Shown: positions 42,201 to 54,200 of the stretch, one piece after another
Layout of the letters: each line of letters starts with the position of its first letter
Position numbering within the stretch: the first letter of the stretch is position 1
Position numbers and translations under genes: made by a program
Notes under the pieces: model-generated
Told to the model about the DNA's origin: nothing
The model's database searches: none
Seen by the model: only the letters and a program-made list of their open reading frames with translations
NCBI RefSeq assembly: GCF_032191835.1
Contig: NC_083239.1
Span: 23,994,001 to 24,058,000, forward strand
Source: Heteronotia binoei
Taxonomy: Eukaryota
Reading direction: 5' to 3'
DNA length: 64,000 bases

Positions 42201-45200
42201 AGCCCTGAGGCGCAAAGAGCTGGGGCGAAAGCACAGCGCTGTGATTCTTGGCCCCTCTCTGCTTCACTATTTGGCCAGAGGGAGGGGAAGCAAAGCAGCG
42301 TGCGGAGAAGAGGGGCGGGGTTGTCTGCTGGGAGAAGAAGCCTCCCTTGGTTATACTGGAGCGGCGGGTGAGACTCCACTTGCTGGTGCATTGGGAGGGG
42401 GAGTCCCGCTCAGTCCCTTCCCTGCTGCTTCTGTCTGCTGCTCCAGAGACTCCCAGGCAACAATGAAGGTTCAGAGGAAGCTGGCTGGGCTGCAGGCAGC
42501 TGCCGGTCTTTTTTCCTTTGTCCTGAATCAGGACAATGAAGGAGGACACTGGTGACTGCTGCCCAGCCAGCTTCCTCTGAAGCGAGGGAGAAGGCTGGGC
42601 AAGGGATGGGATGGGCAGGGTCAGCATGACTGGAGACGGGGCGGCCACTCTCCGCCCCCGTGGTGATGTGGCTCTCGGCAGCTGCCCAAGCAGCTGATCT
42701 GCCTGCCCCCCATTTAAATGGGAGGGGAGGCAGATCAGGGGAGCTACTTTCACCTCCCAGCAAGAGGCAAAAACAGCCAATCTGTGGGGCTGCTTGCTTC
42801 TCCCCCTGCTCTGGGGAGTCCCCAATTTGGCACCCCCCCAGGTGGCACCCAGGGCAAGCCACCCCTTTTCCCCCCCTCTAGATCGAGCCATGCCCAGTAG
42901 AGAATGTCCTCTGTGTCACAGAGCCACACCATTGGTCAAGACCGAAGAGATGCCCTCCTCTGCAAGATGTGGCTTGGCTCAGTTTCTAAAGTCACTGGGA
43001 ACTACCTTATAGCAGCATGTGGCTTCTTGTGATCTCAGGAACCATAAAATTTGGGGGGGAGGGGGCACATGCACAGAGAATTATTGCTGGATAGTCCTGC
43101 AATTGTCAGTCAACAAGCAAAGCCCCAGGGTGACAAAAGACTTGAGTACTTAATGTCACTCTAAAGTATTTAACATCTGTAATTAAGAACAATATGTAAA
43201 GTAACAAAGCCCACTGTAACAAGGAAAATTCTGTGACGTAAGTTTTTATTAGTTTCTTCTTATCATTAGAAGAAACTAACTTATAGAAAGAAACATATAG
43301 TTTCTTATTAGAAACTGAGCTGTACCGATGATCAATAATATCCAGTTTCAACTAGCCTTAAGCTCACATAAATCTCAGAGCAATGTCCCCATGCCTGAAA
43401 TAAATTCCAAGAGGGGAAAAAAATATTCTAGCTGTTGGGACGTCTATTGCCTTCCTTTGGATTGAAATATCCTTTTCAATCCAAAGGAAGGCAATAGACG
43501 TCCTGACAGCTAGAATATATTCTGCCCCCCCTAGAATTTATTTCAGACATGGGGACATTCCTCTGAGATTTATGCAAGCTGAAGACGAAGGCCCGAAACC
43601 AGATATTATCGATCACCAGTACAGCTCTGCTTCCTTAAGGTGGTCAAGTCTGAAGTGGCTAGAGAAGAATACTGTTGGCTAAGCTGCACTTTTGGACAGG
43701 CTTGATATTTATTTGTTAAGAGCAACCTGCATTTGTACTGAGTTACTGCACTGTGTCATACTGCATATGGTTTGTTGTTTGTAGAATTTTCCTTGTTACA
43801 GTGGGCTTTGGTACTTTGCATATTGTTCTTAATTACAGATGTTAAATACTTTAGAGTGTTGTTAAGTACTCAAGTCTTTTGTCACCCTGGGGCTTTTCTT
43901 TCATTCTATTGTCCTGCAATTGTGGCAGAAAGACAGTCTCCACCTCATGGGCCCCTCTGGCAGTGACCTCATGGGCCCCTCAACCAGGTCCCCTCCATCT
44001 CCGGAACATCAGGGATTACCTTACTGCAGAGAACCTCTTGGCCTTGGCCTTTTCCAAGAACCTCTTGCACTTGGCAATCTTCTCTTCCAGAGACTTCAAC
44101 ACTGCCTTGGGATCCTGACTGCTGTCTGCTTCACCCAAAGGCCCACTGTCCACCTCCTGAAGCTGGCTATCTTCCTCCGGGTCACTGTCTGTTTCGTCAC
44201 CATACGACACATCCACAGGGACCAAATCCTCTTGTAAGAAATGAGGAGCCACACGGATCTCCCCAAAGTTCTGCCGCACATGGGACAAAGGCCACGTAGT
44301 TGATGGTGGTGGTGTACTGGGGCAGTCATCCCTCACAGGCTGCTCTTTGGGTGTCTCTGTTGACCCAGTGGTATCCTCAGACTCCTGACCCTGGCTCGTG
44401 GTTGTGGATACAGAGGCAGTTGCTGTAGGCTGGAAAATAGAAAGGCAGCCTCTCTGAAAGTTATGATCATCAAAGCATGCCTCCCCCGCCCAATTACCAT
44501 GCCTGTCCCAGTTTTTTGGATGTGCTTAATTAGGGATAAATCTGAATTGAAACTCACCTAAATCCAATTGATTATTTCCCAACACTCTGTGCTCTAACCA
44601 AAGAGTTTCTCAGATGCTAAACATTTCCCTTGTAACTGAGGTACTATCATCTTCTAGGGGACAGGGATTTCAGCCCTGCATGTCAACCAACATTTCTATT
44701 TTGAAAGCAATAAGTAAGCTTCATATTTGGCCAGGATGACAACTGGATCTCTAACATGTGGTCTAGCTCTCCCTGTCTTTTCTGTGGGTGAGTGGCTGGC
44801 CATAAAGAAGAAATGAGCCAGAAGGTGAAAAGTGCCATCAAGTCACAGCTGACTTATGGTGACCCACTAGAGTTTTCAAGGCAAGTGATATGCAGAGGTG
44901 GTTTGTCATTGCCTGCCTTCGCATCCTGACCTTGGTATTCCTTGGAGGTCTCCCATTCAAATACTAGCCAGGGCTGACTTTGCTTAGCTTCCAAGAACTG
45001 ATGACACTGGACTAGCTGGGAAAGTACCCAAGATGACATAGTGCTTCTCCATTTAAGACTATGGTCTTGGGGGTCTGGCAAAAACACTCCATGGGATCCT
45101 TTGAAAGAACTTCTTTGTAAGGCTTCTGGACCTCCTGATGGCACCTGGTTTTTTGGCCAGTGTGACAGACTGGATGGACCATTGGTCTGATCCAGCATGG

Positions 45201-48200
45201 CTTCTCTGATGTTCTTAACAGAGAGAACACTTCTCATGCCCTTCTGGTTGATGCACAGCTCTGTCAATTTTCTGGACAGGGACAGGAGATGGAACCCGCT
45301 TTTCCTTTTCAAGTTGCTACAACCCACACCTACCAAACTTCCATATCATGTCACAGCACTAGCCAGAAAACATGCCAATTGGTTGCCAAGAATGCTAATT
45401 GCATGAGTAGCACCAAGAATATACAGGATAGCCTGATCTTGTCAGATCTCCGAAGCTCAGCAGGGCCGGTCCTGGCTAGTATTTGGATGGGAGATCACCA
45501 AGGAATACCAGAGTCATGATGTGGAGAGTGACAACAGCAAACAACCTCTGAATGTCTCCAGCCTTCAAAACCCCACAAAGTCACCAAAAGCTGGCTGCGA
45601 CTTGAAGGCAGAAAATAAAAGCAGCAGTCATCATAGTACGAAATTCAACTGACCTAGAAATTTAACCGGTTAATGAAATTTAACTGATCCGGTGTCAAGG
45701 ATTTCAGCAGGTTGAGATGCCACTCAGCATCCACAGACAGTAATTGTTAACAAGGGTTTTCAGCTGAAATAAAAGTATTAATGTGGCATTTATCTTTTTC
45801 TATTTCTCTAAGCAACAATGAAGGTTTCCCCAATTTTTAAAACATAACTAATCCAGTTCTCACTGTACTGTTCTGAGGGCACAGGAGGAAGAGGCATGCA
45901 CAAGACTGCCATGTGCGCTTAAGAAGGAGAGGTCTGACACATGGAGAAGGGAAGGACTTGGGGGCCTGGGCAAATTTCTCAGGTTGCTTAGACTACTCCT
46001 GTATCCAATGAAAGAAGTGGGAGCAGCTTCAACAAAGAAGCGGAGGGGCCAGACTGGTAGCGATGGAAGTCATCCTCCTCTACCCTGTCCTCTTTATCCA
46101 AAGGTTAGAGGTGGAAGGCTTGCTGGCCAGCAGTCATCCAAAGCCAGCCTGGCTGCTGCCAGGACTTGTTTTACTGGCTCAAATGATGTTTGTTCTCAGG
46201 TCATCGACTACATGCACAGTTCTAGTTGTGAGAGCTGGTGTGGTCTAGTGTTTAGAGTGCTGGACTAGTCTCTGGGGAACCCAGGCCCAACTCCCCTCTC
46301 ATGCCATGGAAGCTCACTAGGTGAGGTTGGGCCAGTCACATTCTCATCTTAACCAACCTCACAGGGTTGTGAGGATAAGACGGAGGAGAGTGGAATGATG
46401 TAAGCCGCTTTGGGTCCTGATGGGAAGAACAGCAGAGTACAAATGAATACATAAAAAAAAATTGCTGCATGTGCAATTCTTTCCTTCGCATGCACCGCCT
46501 TACCTGAGGGCCCTGCTCCATATTTGGGGGCTTCACGAAGAAAGGAATTCGGCCCCTTTGCCAGTCGTTTAGCACCATCTTGCTCACAGTGCTCACGTCG
46601 GGCTCTCCCCCCTGAAATGACAAGTGTGCTCTTTCAATTCCACTGAGCTAACAGACATGCCGAGGAGCAAAGGCAGAAGAGCAAACACAGGTAACAGAAT
46701 CCCTTTTGGGCCCCACAAATCCAGTGAGGCACTGGGCCACAGCTACAGGATCATTGCGGGGAAGGGATTCTCCTCTAAGAGCCATGCCCTTCCCGTAAGT
46801 ATTCTCTTTTTAGTCCTGCGCTGCAACTTCGCTGGATTCTTGGAACCAGACGCCAGCCCAATTCTTGCTTCAGAGAGTGCCTGCTTGCTCCTCTCCCTCT
46901 GTTGAAATAGTTCCTTCCTAACATCACTTCCAAAAGGCAAGTCTGTTCTCTGCCCCACCCTGATGATAGCCTCAGGCCAGACTTCACCCAAGGCCATAGC
47001 AAGGATATGTTTTCTTTGCCTGTGGGGTGGGGCTGGGGCTGGCAAGGGGCAGTTTAGCACAGTGGAGCTTACTTCCAAGGAAACCTGCTAAGCAGATTGG
47101 GTTGTGCAAAGTAATGGAAAAGCTGGTTTTGTTTTGACTGAGCAGCTGCCTCATTTATAGGAAACTTCATATTAACTTGACTTGTGGAGTACTTTGGATG
47201 TTTGGATGGTTCAAAACTGTCACCTCCATTTTAGCATAGTCTCCAGCCCCACCCAACAACCCTTTAGAAATGCTAATGACCTCCCTGGCCAGACAATGAT
47301 GGTCAGTTTACACCTCTGGACAGCTAGCAGGAAAACAAAAACAGCTTTTACCTACAAAATGGTTTTCTCCCCTGTCTCCCTTTCAGAGCAGACAAGACAC
47401 AATCAACCTTCTGGCTGGGCTGGACAAACTGGGGAGGAGGCTTTGCCTAGTGAGAGCCCTCTTGTAGCTACAGGCCAGACTCCACTTCCTCCATGGCAGT
47501 CCTTCTACATCACACTCCATTGTGCCCCTGGAAGAAAAGTCCAGCTCCTTCACCTTGAGCAGCTTCCCAGTCTTGGCAGCCAGCTTCTCAAGGAAATCCT
47601 CTGCATTTTCCCAGGAGTCCACTTTGTACGTTTTGCTGATGTACTCTGGCTTGGCTCGCTCCAGCACTGTGGCGATATGATCTTCTGGACATTTGATTTT
47701 TTCCACTTGAACCTGGAAGGAACCAGGAAATTAGAATGTGTTCCACTCCCACCTCTTGTGCATCAAACCCATTCAAGAACAGATGCAAGAACAGATTTGA
47801 AAGGAGAGCTGGGCAGGTTTCTTTAGAGAGCTGCATCTCTATCAATTGCCATGGCCCCATGCTGCATCAAAGGGCAAGAAACCTTTATGAAGGGTGTTCA
47901 GGTACCTCAGACCCTTCACCACTTTCATCCTGAAATATGCAAACAGCAAGCCTTTATTGGCATAAAACAGATTTAGCAGAAAATAGCAATATAAATAATA
48001 TAAAATCCTAGATTACATAGGGAGCTAAAATACATAAAATAAGTAAAATATATATGAGTCAAGTTTAGCCAAATTAAATAATTAAAACAAATAAAATGTG
48101 GTCATTCCAGAACCATTCTCTGTCGTATTTCCATGGCCTGTTGGAGAAATCTAGCCACCATTAAAGTTACCTCAGCGCAAGTGTCATTTAAAAGTTTGTG

Positions 48201-51200
48201 GACTTTGCCTGAATCAGCACAGCCCAACATATCTGCTAAGATATCTTTCAAGTATTTACAACGAAAATCATCATAAAGAGGACAGTTCAATAATAGTTCG
48301 GGAGGGACGGTGGCTCAGTGGTAGAGCATCTGTTTGGGAAGCAGAAGGTCCCAGGTTCAATCCCCGGCATCTCCAATTATAAAGGGTCCAGGCAAATAGG
48401 TGTGAAAAACCTCAGCTTGAGACCCTGGAGAGCCGCTGCCAGTCTGAGAAGACAATACTGACTTTGATGGACCAAGGGTCTGATTCAGTATAAGGCAGCT
48501 TCATATGTTCATAATACATGGGAAAGAGCTTCATATGTTCATAATACATGGGAAATAGTTTCAATACACTTGGAATTACAAAGACAGTGTCTATTAGAGT
48601 ACTCAATCCTGTTAAATCTACCAAATAGGATAGCAGATGGTAATGCATTACATCTAGTTAACGAGAATGCACGCCGTTGCTGTGGAGCTTGTAGACAGGA
48701 GAAATACGACGCTAATTTCCCTACTGAGAGAGGAAGTTCGAAATTCAGTGGGGAGCAAGACTTGTTGGCCAGGCTATATAAAGTTTGCATTTCAATATCT
48801 AGAATTCTGAGCTTAAGTTTCAAAAAAGCATCTTTTAAGGATAGCATAAGAAGTGAATCTAAATCAATGCCCATAGATTTAATTTTCCTCTCAATAAATA
48901 CTAGCCAATTTGACAAATTAGATTCTGAGAGCAGTTGATATAAAAGGCTCTCTGAGTCAGAGTGGAAATGTAGCCGTAGCCAGTATTTAAGTGACATTAG
49001 CCATGCTTGTGTTTCCACAAGACTCGTCCCTGTTTCTAAACACAAAACTGCATATGGTATGCACTTTGGGAATCCCAGAATTTTCCGTAGGAATTTTGAT
49101 TGGACACCTTCAATGTTATTATCCAAGGCTGTGATCCACACTGGGACCCCATATAAAAGCTGTGGTATCACTTTAGCCTTAAAGATTTTTAGCGCGCTGG
49201 GATAAACTGATTGCCTCTGCTGTAAAAGAAGCACTGGATAGCTTCAACGCTAACACTGACTGACTTAATTATACAGTTACGATGATTAGTCCAAAGTGTG
49301 TTATATTGCAAATGAATTCCTAGGTATTTGTAGTATTTTACTTGTTCTATCTCTTTGCCGCCTATTGACCATTTAGTTGGTTTCCAATATTTGGAAAAAA
49401 CAACAATTTTAGATTTGTCATAGTTCAATAGGAGCTCATTGTTGTTAAGGAAGGTGATACAGCGAATAAGCAAACGCTTTAATCCAATTCTGGAACAAGA
49501 TAGTAAGACTGTATCATCCGCATATAACAGTAAGGGAACATGTCTGGCACCAAGTTTTGGACTATTATGGTCAGTATCTGACAAAAAGGGAGCAAAATCA
49601 TTAAGAAAGAGGTTAAACAAAAAGGGGGCCAACACACTTCTGCAAAACGGACCTGAGTTAACTCCTGAGTCTCAAGAAGTTTGAACACTCACCACTCCTT
49701 TCAGCACAATGTCGGTTTCTGTGTCTCCGGATGGATACACCACTCCTGGGCAATCGATAAGGAATATGCGGCGCATTAAAGTGATGTACTGCCACACCTG
49801 TGGAGGAAAAAGCAGGATTTAGCTGGTAGGTAAGAAAAAGGTCCCTTAAACTGAGAAGGAAGCAGCTATGGGGAAGCCTGGATACTTAAAGGTGATAGGA
49901 AAAGGTAGGTAGGTAGGCAGGCTCCGGCAGGCAGGCAGGCCCCAGCAGTGGTCCGGCTATGACACACAATCTCACAGTCTAATTTACTACTTCCTCAGCT
50001 TTTGAGTTAGAGAATACAATCACTTGCTCTATATCAGTGGGGAAAGAGAGATCATTTTTCTAAGGTTAACTTTGCCATCAATTCACAACTGATTCATGGC
50101 AACCCCATGATGTTTCATCTTGTGGGGCTTTCAAGGCAAGAGATGAGCAGGGATAGTTTGTCATTGCCTGCCTCTGCATAGCAGCCCCACTCTTCCTTCA
50201 TGGTCTCCCATCCAACTACCAACCCTGCTTCACTTCCAAGCACTGATGAGGTCAGGCAAGCCTGGGCTATTAGGGCTGCTATGTCTCTTCCTTATCACTG
50301 GCTGATTTTTGTGTCTGTCCACGCCAAGCTCACTTGCCTGGTCCTCTCACATTCACAATAGCCATCCCTACCCACAGCTGTGTGGTCTTAGCCCTGGTTC
50401 TCTCAGAGACTAAGCTTGACCCCGCTAGAGTGAAGCTTGCTCAATTCACCCACCTTGGTTTCACCAGCAATAGGAGCTACATTGCAGACCTTCTTGGAGC
50501 GCAGCGTGTTGATCACTGAGCTCTTCCCCACATTGGGATAGCCAATGAAGCCCACGCTGATCTGCTTCTTATCCACGTGCAGCTGTTCAGAAACACACAC
50601 AAAGAAAAACACTTCGAACACATGCTGTGGGCATCCCAGAAGAGGATTGATTTGAGTGCTGGGTTACAGGCAAAGAGGCTCAAGTTCAAATCTCTCAGCC
50701 ACAAAGCTCACTTGGGTGATCTTGGGCCAGTCTCTCTCTGCTGATTTACATCACACAGTTGTTGTGGGGATAAAAGGGAGGGGGAGCTATGTGTGCCATT
50801 GTCACAAGCAGAGGAGCAGGGAGGGCCTCTACAGGCTGCCACCACTCTGATAGGATCTGTATGAAAGGCCCAGAGCACCCTTCCAACCCCTATCTTCCTT
50901 CTGAGCAAAGAGGCGTGCAGGCCCAGGCAGCATAGCAACAATAATTTTATTATAAGTGCTCAAGAATAAACAAGCGGATTATAAAACTTTTAGTGCAACA
51001 GTAAACATGGAAAAACAGTAAAGGTGGTACAAAGAAAAATAAAAGCCCTGACACAACTAACTGTATGGTCCCTTTCTTCTGATTCCAATTGACTCACCAC
51101 TTTTTGGAAGAGGGAACTCTCTTGCTGCAGCCCGCTCTCCAGCTCAGTCTTTCCAAAGAGAACACTTTCCCCTCTCCAGCTAGCCTCTTAACTCTTTCCT

Positions 51201-54200
51201 TCTAAGTCCCACCCCTCTGGGCTCCACTGGACAAACTTTTCCCTCCAAAACTGCTGCCCACCAAATCAGAGGGCCAGAAGGGATCCTGGAAAATGTAGAC
51301 GTGGTTGTTACACTTACAGGCTTTCCTGAAGCTTGTAGGCCACACTAGGCACTTTGAAGGATAGGGGGAAAATTGGTTAAACAGAAAAAAGGGTAGTTGT
51401 GATCAAGTAGTTTCTCCCTAGAATGCACTGTGAAGGGAAGCAGAATATAAAGTTGGTTGTCTGAAAGGGGCTGAAGGCCTAGAAGGCTCATGTCCACTGT
51501 AAATATCTCCCAGGCATCATTGCCCTGTGCTTTCTGTTGGAGGACCAAAGGGGAAGAAGCTTGTTTGCTGCATCAACCTAGATCTTTCTGTCTCCAACCC
51601 AAGCAGGTCTATCACCAGATGAGCAGTGGGAGCACTGTCATGCAGCACACTGAAAATAAAAGAGCTGGTGCTCCTCTAGCACTGGCAGTGGGAGAAGGGA
51701 AGGCCAGGAAGGCTTCAGGGGCCTGAAGGCAGGAGCTCAGTCAGTCCAGAAATGCACACATCTGGCCATCCCTCCTGTTCCTTCTGATGTGCTGAAGAGG
51801 TTCAGCTACTGAGCTGGGAGATGTGGGGGGGGGGGGCGGGTTGGCATCTCTCTTGCTTGGTTTGACAGGTCCCAATGTCGGCAACTAGCACATTTGCTAA
51901 CTATTGCCAAGCCTTGAGAGAATGCATGCTTCTTCCCTGGGTCTCAATGGTAGATTCAGGCCATCCCTCCACAAATTAAGACTTCCCTGCAAAGCCTGCA
52001 CTTCATCAGCATGGAGACGTACCATACCTTGCCAAACTGTCTCAGAAGCTGGATGAAGGCTCCTTTTCCAAAGGGGTTTGTGAGACTTGCGTGGAAGGCC
52101 AAGGTGGGATACTCCTGGGAAAGAAGGGCCACCCAGCGTCTCTGGAAGAGAGCACAGCCCATCATTCAACAATGTAGCCCTTCAGCCCGTGAGAGGCTGC
52201 ATCTCAGAACCTGTAGAGTCCAGTGGCTCCGACAAAAACTGCTGCCAAACCAAAGCTGTTCATTCCTGTTCACAGGAATCACCCCAGGTAGGGCTTCACT
52301 GTTCCTGCAGCTCCAAGAAGCTGCTTTGGGCAGATAGGTCCCAGTGTTCTCCTGACAGTGTCAGCAGGTATAGGAGCATGTGTCCTTCCTTAGCAGGAAA
52401 TATCTACTTGCACGGTGTGCAAGAGAGGGGGAAAGATGCTGGGGACTTACCGTGGCCCACGTGGGCACAAGGTCACATTTGTTCAAGACAAAAATGAGAT
52501 GCTTCCAGGGTTTCTCCTTCTTCAGGTAGCTCTCCACGTGTGAGGAGCGGGTTCCCATTGGGTCTCTCGCATCCAGCACCTGCACCACTACGTCTGATGA
52601 ATCAATCACCTGGCGGGCAAGAGAGAAAGGTTAGGTCCTCCCAGACTGCCAGGCAGAGTTCTGCAGCATACAGGCATCGCATGTCTCATTTCTCTCTCAC
52701 TGCAAGAGGCTGGCTTTGACCACTCTGTCCTTCTCCCAATGCAGCCAGCTCCACCTCTCTCATGTTCTAGCCACAGTTGCATTACAGTGAAACACGTTCA
52801 TGATTCTAGTTAATGAGAAAGAACTAGGAAAAGAAGCACCTCCTGGTTCACCAGGCTGGGCTTCACATTGTGGCACACACATCAGACAGCGGAACTTCCT
52901 AGGCTGCTTTATCATGACCAGCGTCTTCCAACAAAGCAGTGTGCTGGCAACAGCTGTCAAGTCACAGCCGACTTAGGGCAACGTCACAGGGCTTTCAAGG
53001 CAAGAGGTGTTCAGAGGTGGTTGGTCACTGCCTGCCTCTGCATAGCAACCTTGGCCTTCCTTGGTGGTCTCCCACCTGAGTACTAACCAGGCCTGACCCA
53101 GCTTAGCTTCTGAGATCAGGATAGCTTGGCCTATCCAAGTCAGGGTCCGACTAAGTAGCTCTCTCAGGAAGACTAGCTGTGGCCGAGAGGCTTGAAAGCA
53201 AAGAAAAGGGAGAGGGCGGTGTAAGAGTGTCACAATAGACAGCCCTGCCACATTGTGTGGAGATTCCCAGTCAGAAAACCCAGCCGGCAGCTTCCCAAAA
53301 GCAGGATTTTGGTAGGACCTCTTCCAAGTCCCAACCTCTTTCCATGATGATCCCCAGAACTAGTGGGTCATGTTTCACTGCAGAAGAGCCCAGCCTGTCT
53401 CTCCCCTCTGGTCTTTGCACCTACCCACTTCCCCATCCCAGCAGACTCTGTTTATGCCAGAGGGCCACTGCATGCAGTGCAAGAAAGGGAGGCAACAGAA
53501 GGGAAGCAGCAACTGCTCAACAGACAGAGTGCCTGAGTGGGCCCAGTGATGGCCAGCAGCTAGGCTTCTCCCTGACAAGCTGTCGCTTGGTGCTGACCCA
53601 GGAACCAATGTCTCCTCCCCGCCACCAACAATCCAGGAGGCCAGCCATCTGCAGGCTTTCCAAAAGGGTCAAGCAGCACAATACAGAACAGAGCAGTCTT
53701 TCCAGATACTACTCAGGATAATCAGCTGATCCAAAGCGGCAACTGCAGCTCCGCAATGAGCGAAACATTTGGGAAGATGGAAGCTAAATGGCTTCCCCAT
53801 TTCACATCCGTACCTTGTAAAGCTCTCCCCAGATCCGCTTGGACTGCCCCTTCTTGTATATCTCCTCTTGTGCCTCTTCCCTACAAAGAGGCAAATGAAA
53901 AGGTCAGAAGCTCCAAGTCCACCTCCCGCCTAGAGATATAAAATTTCTTTCCCTGTCAAACCCAAACCTACTCTCCTGCTTCAACAACAGAAAATGCATC
54001 ATTTATAATTTAGTCAGCGTTGACATTATACTAACTGGGATATTTATACAATTTAAAAATAAAAGTCAAAGTTTCCTACAAGTGAACTTGAGTCAGCTGA
54101 AAAGTGCTGCATTCTCTGCTAACCTTGACATATTTTAAAAATTCCAAATGGAATTTTATATAAATCCACATATGTATATATTAGTTTTGTTCAGTGCTTC

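Noticed and set aside
42013-42891. 292-aa ORF on the minus strand
   Set aside because: Lies wholly inside a TIR/TSD-bounded element, is low-complexity (S/P/Q-rich), has no recognisable domain and overlaps other spurious ORFs in several frames.
43942-43981. 16-bp direct repeat acctcatgggcccctc (period 24); also ctccggccagac twice near 23250
   Set aside because: Only two units each, so simple local duplications and not arrays. CRISPR is not applicable to this vertebrate DNA.
45425-45510. 5S rRNA-like sequence (about eight copies in the window)
   Set aside because: Partial, diverged and always joined to a SINE tail; these are 5S-derived SINEs, not rDNA.
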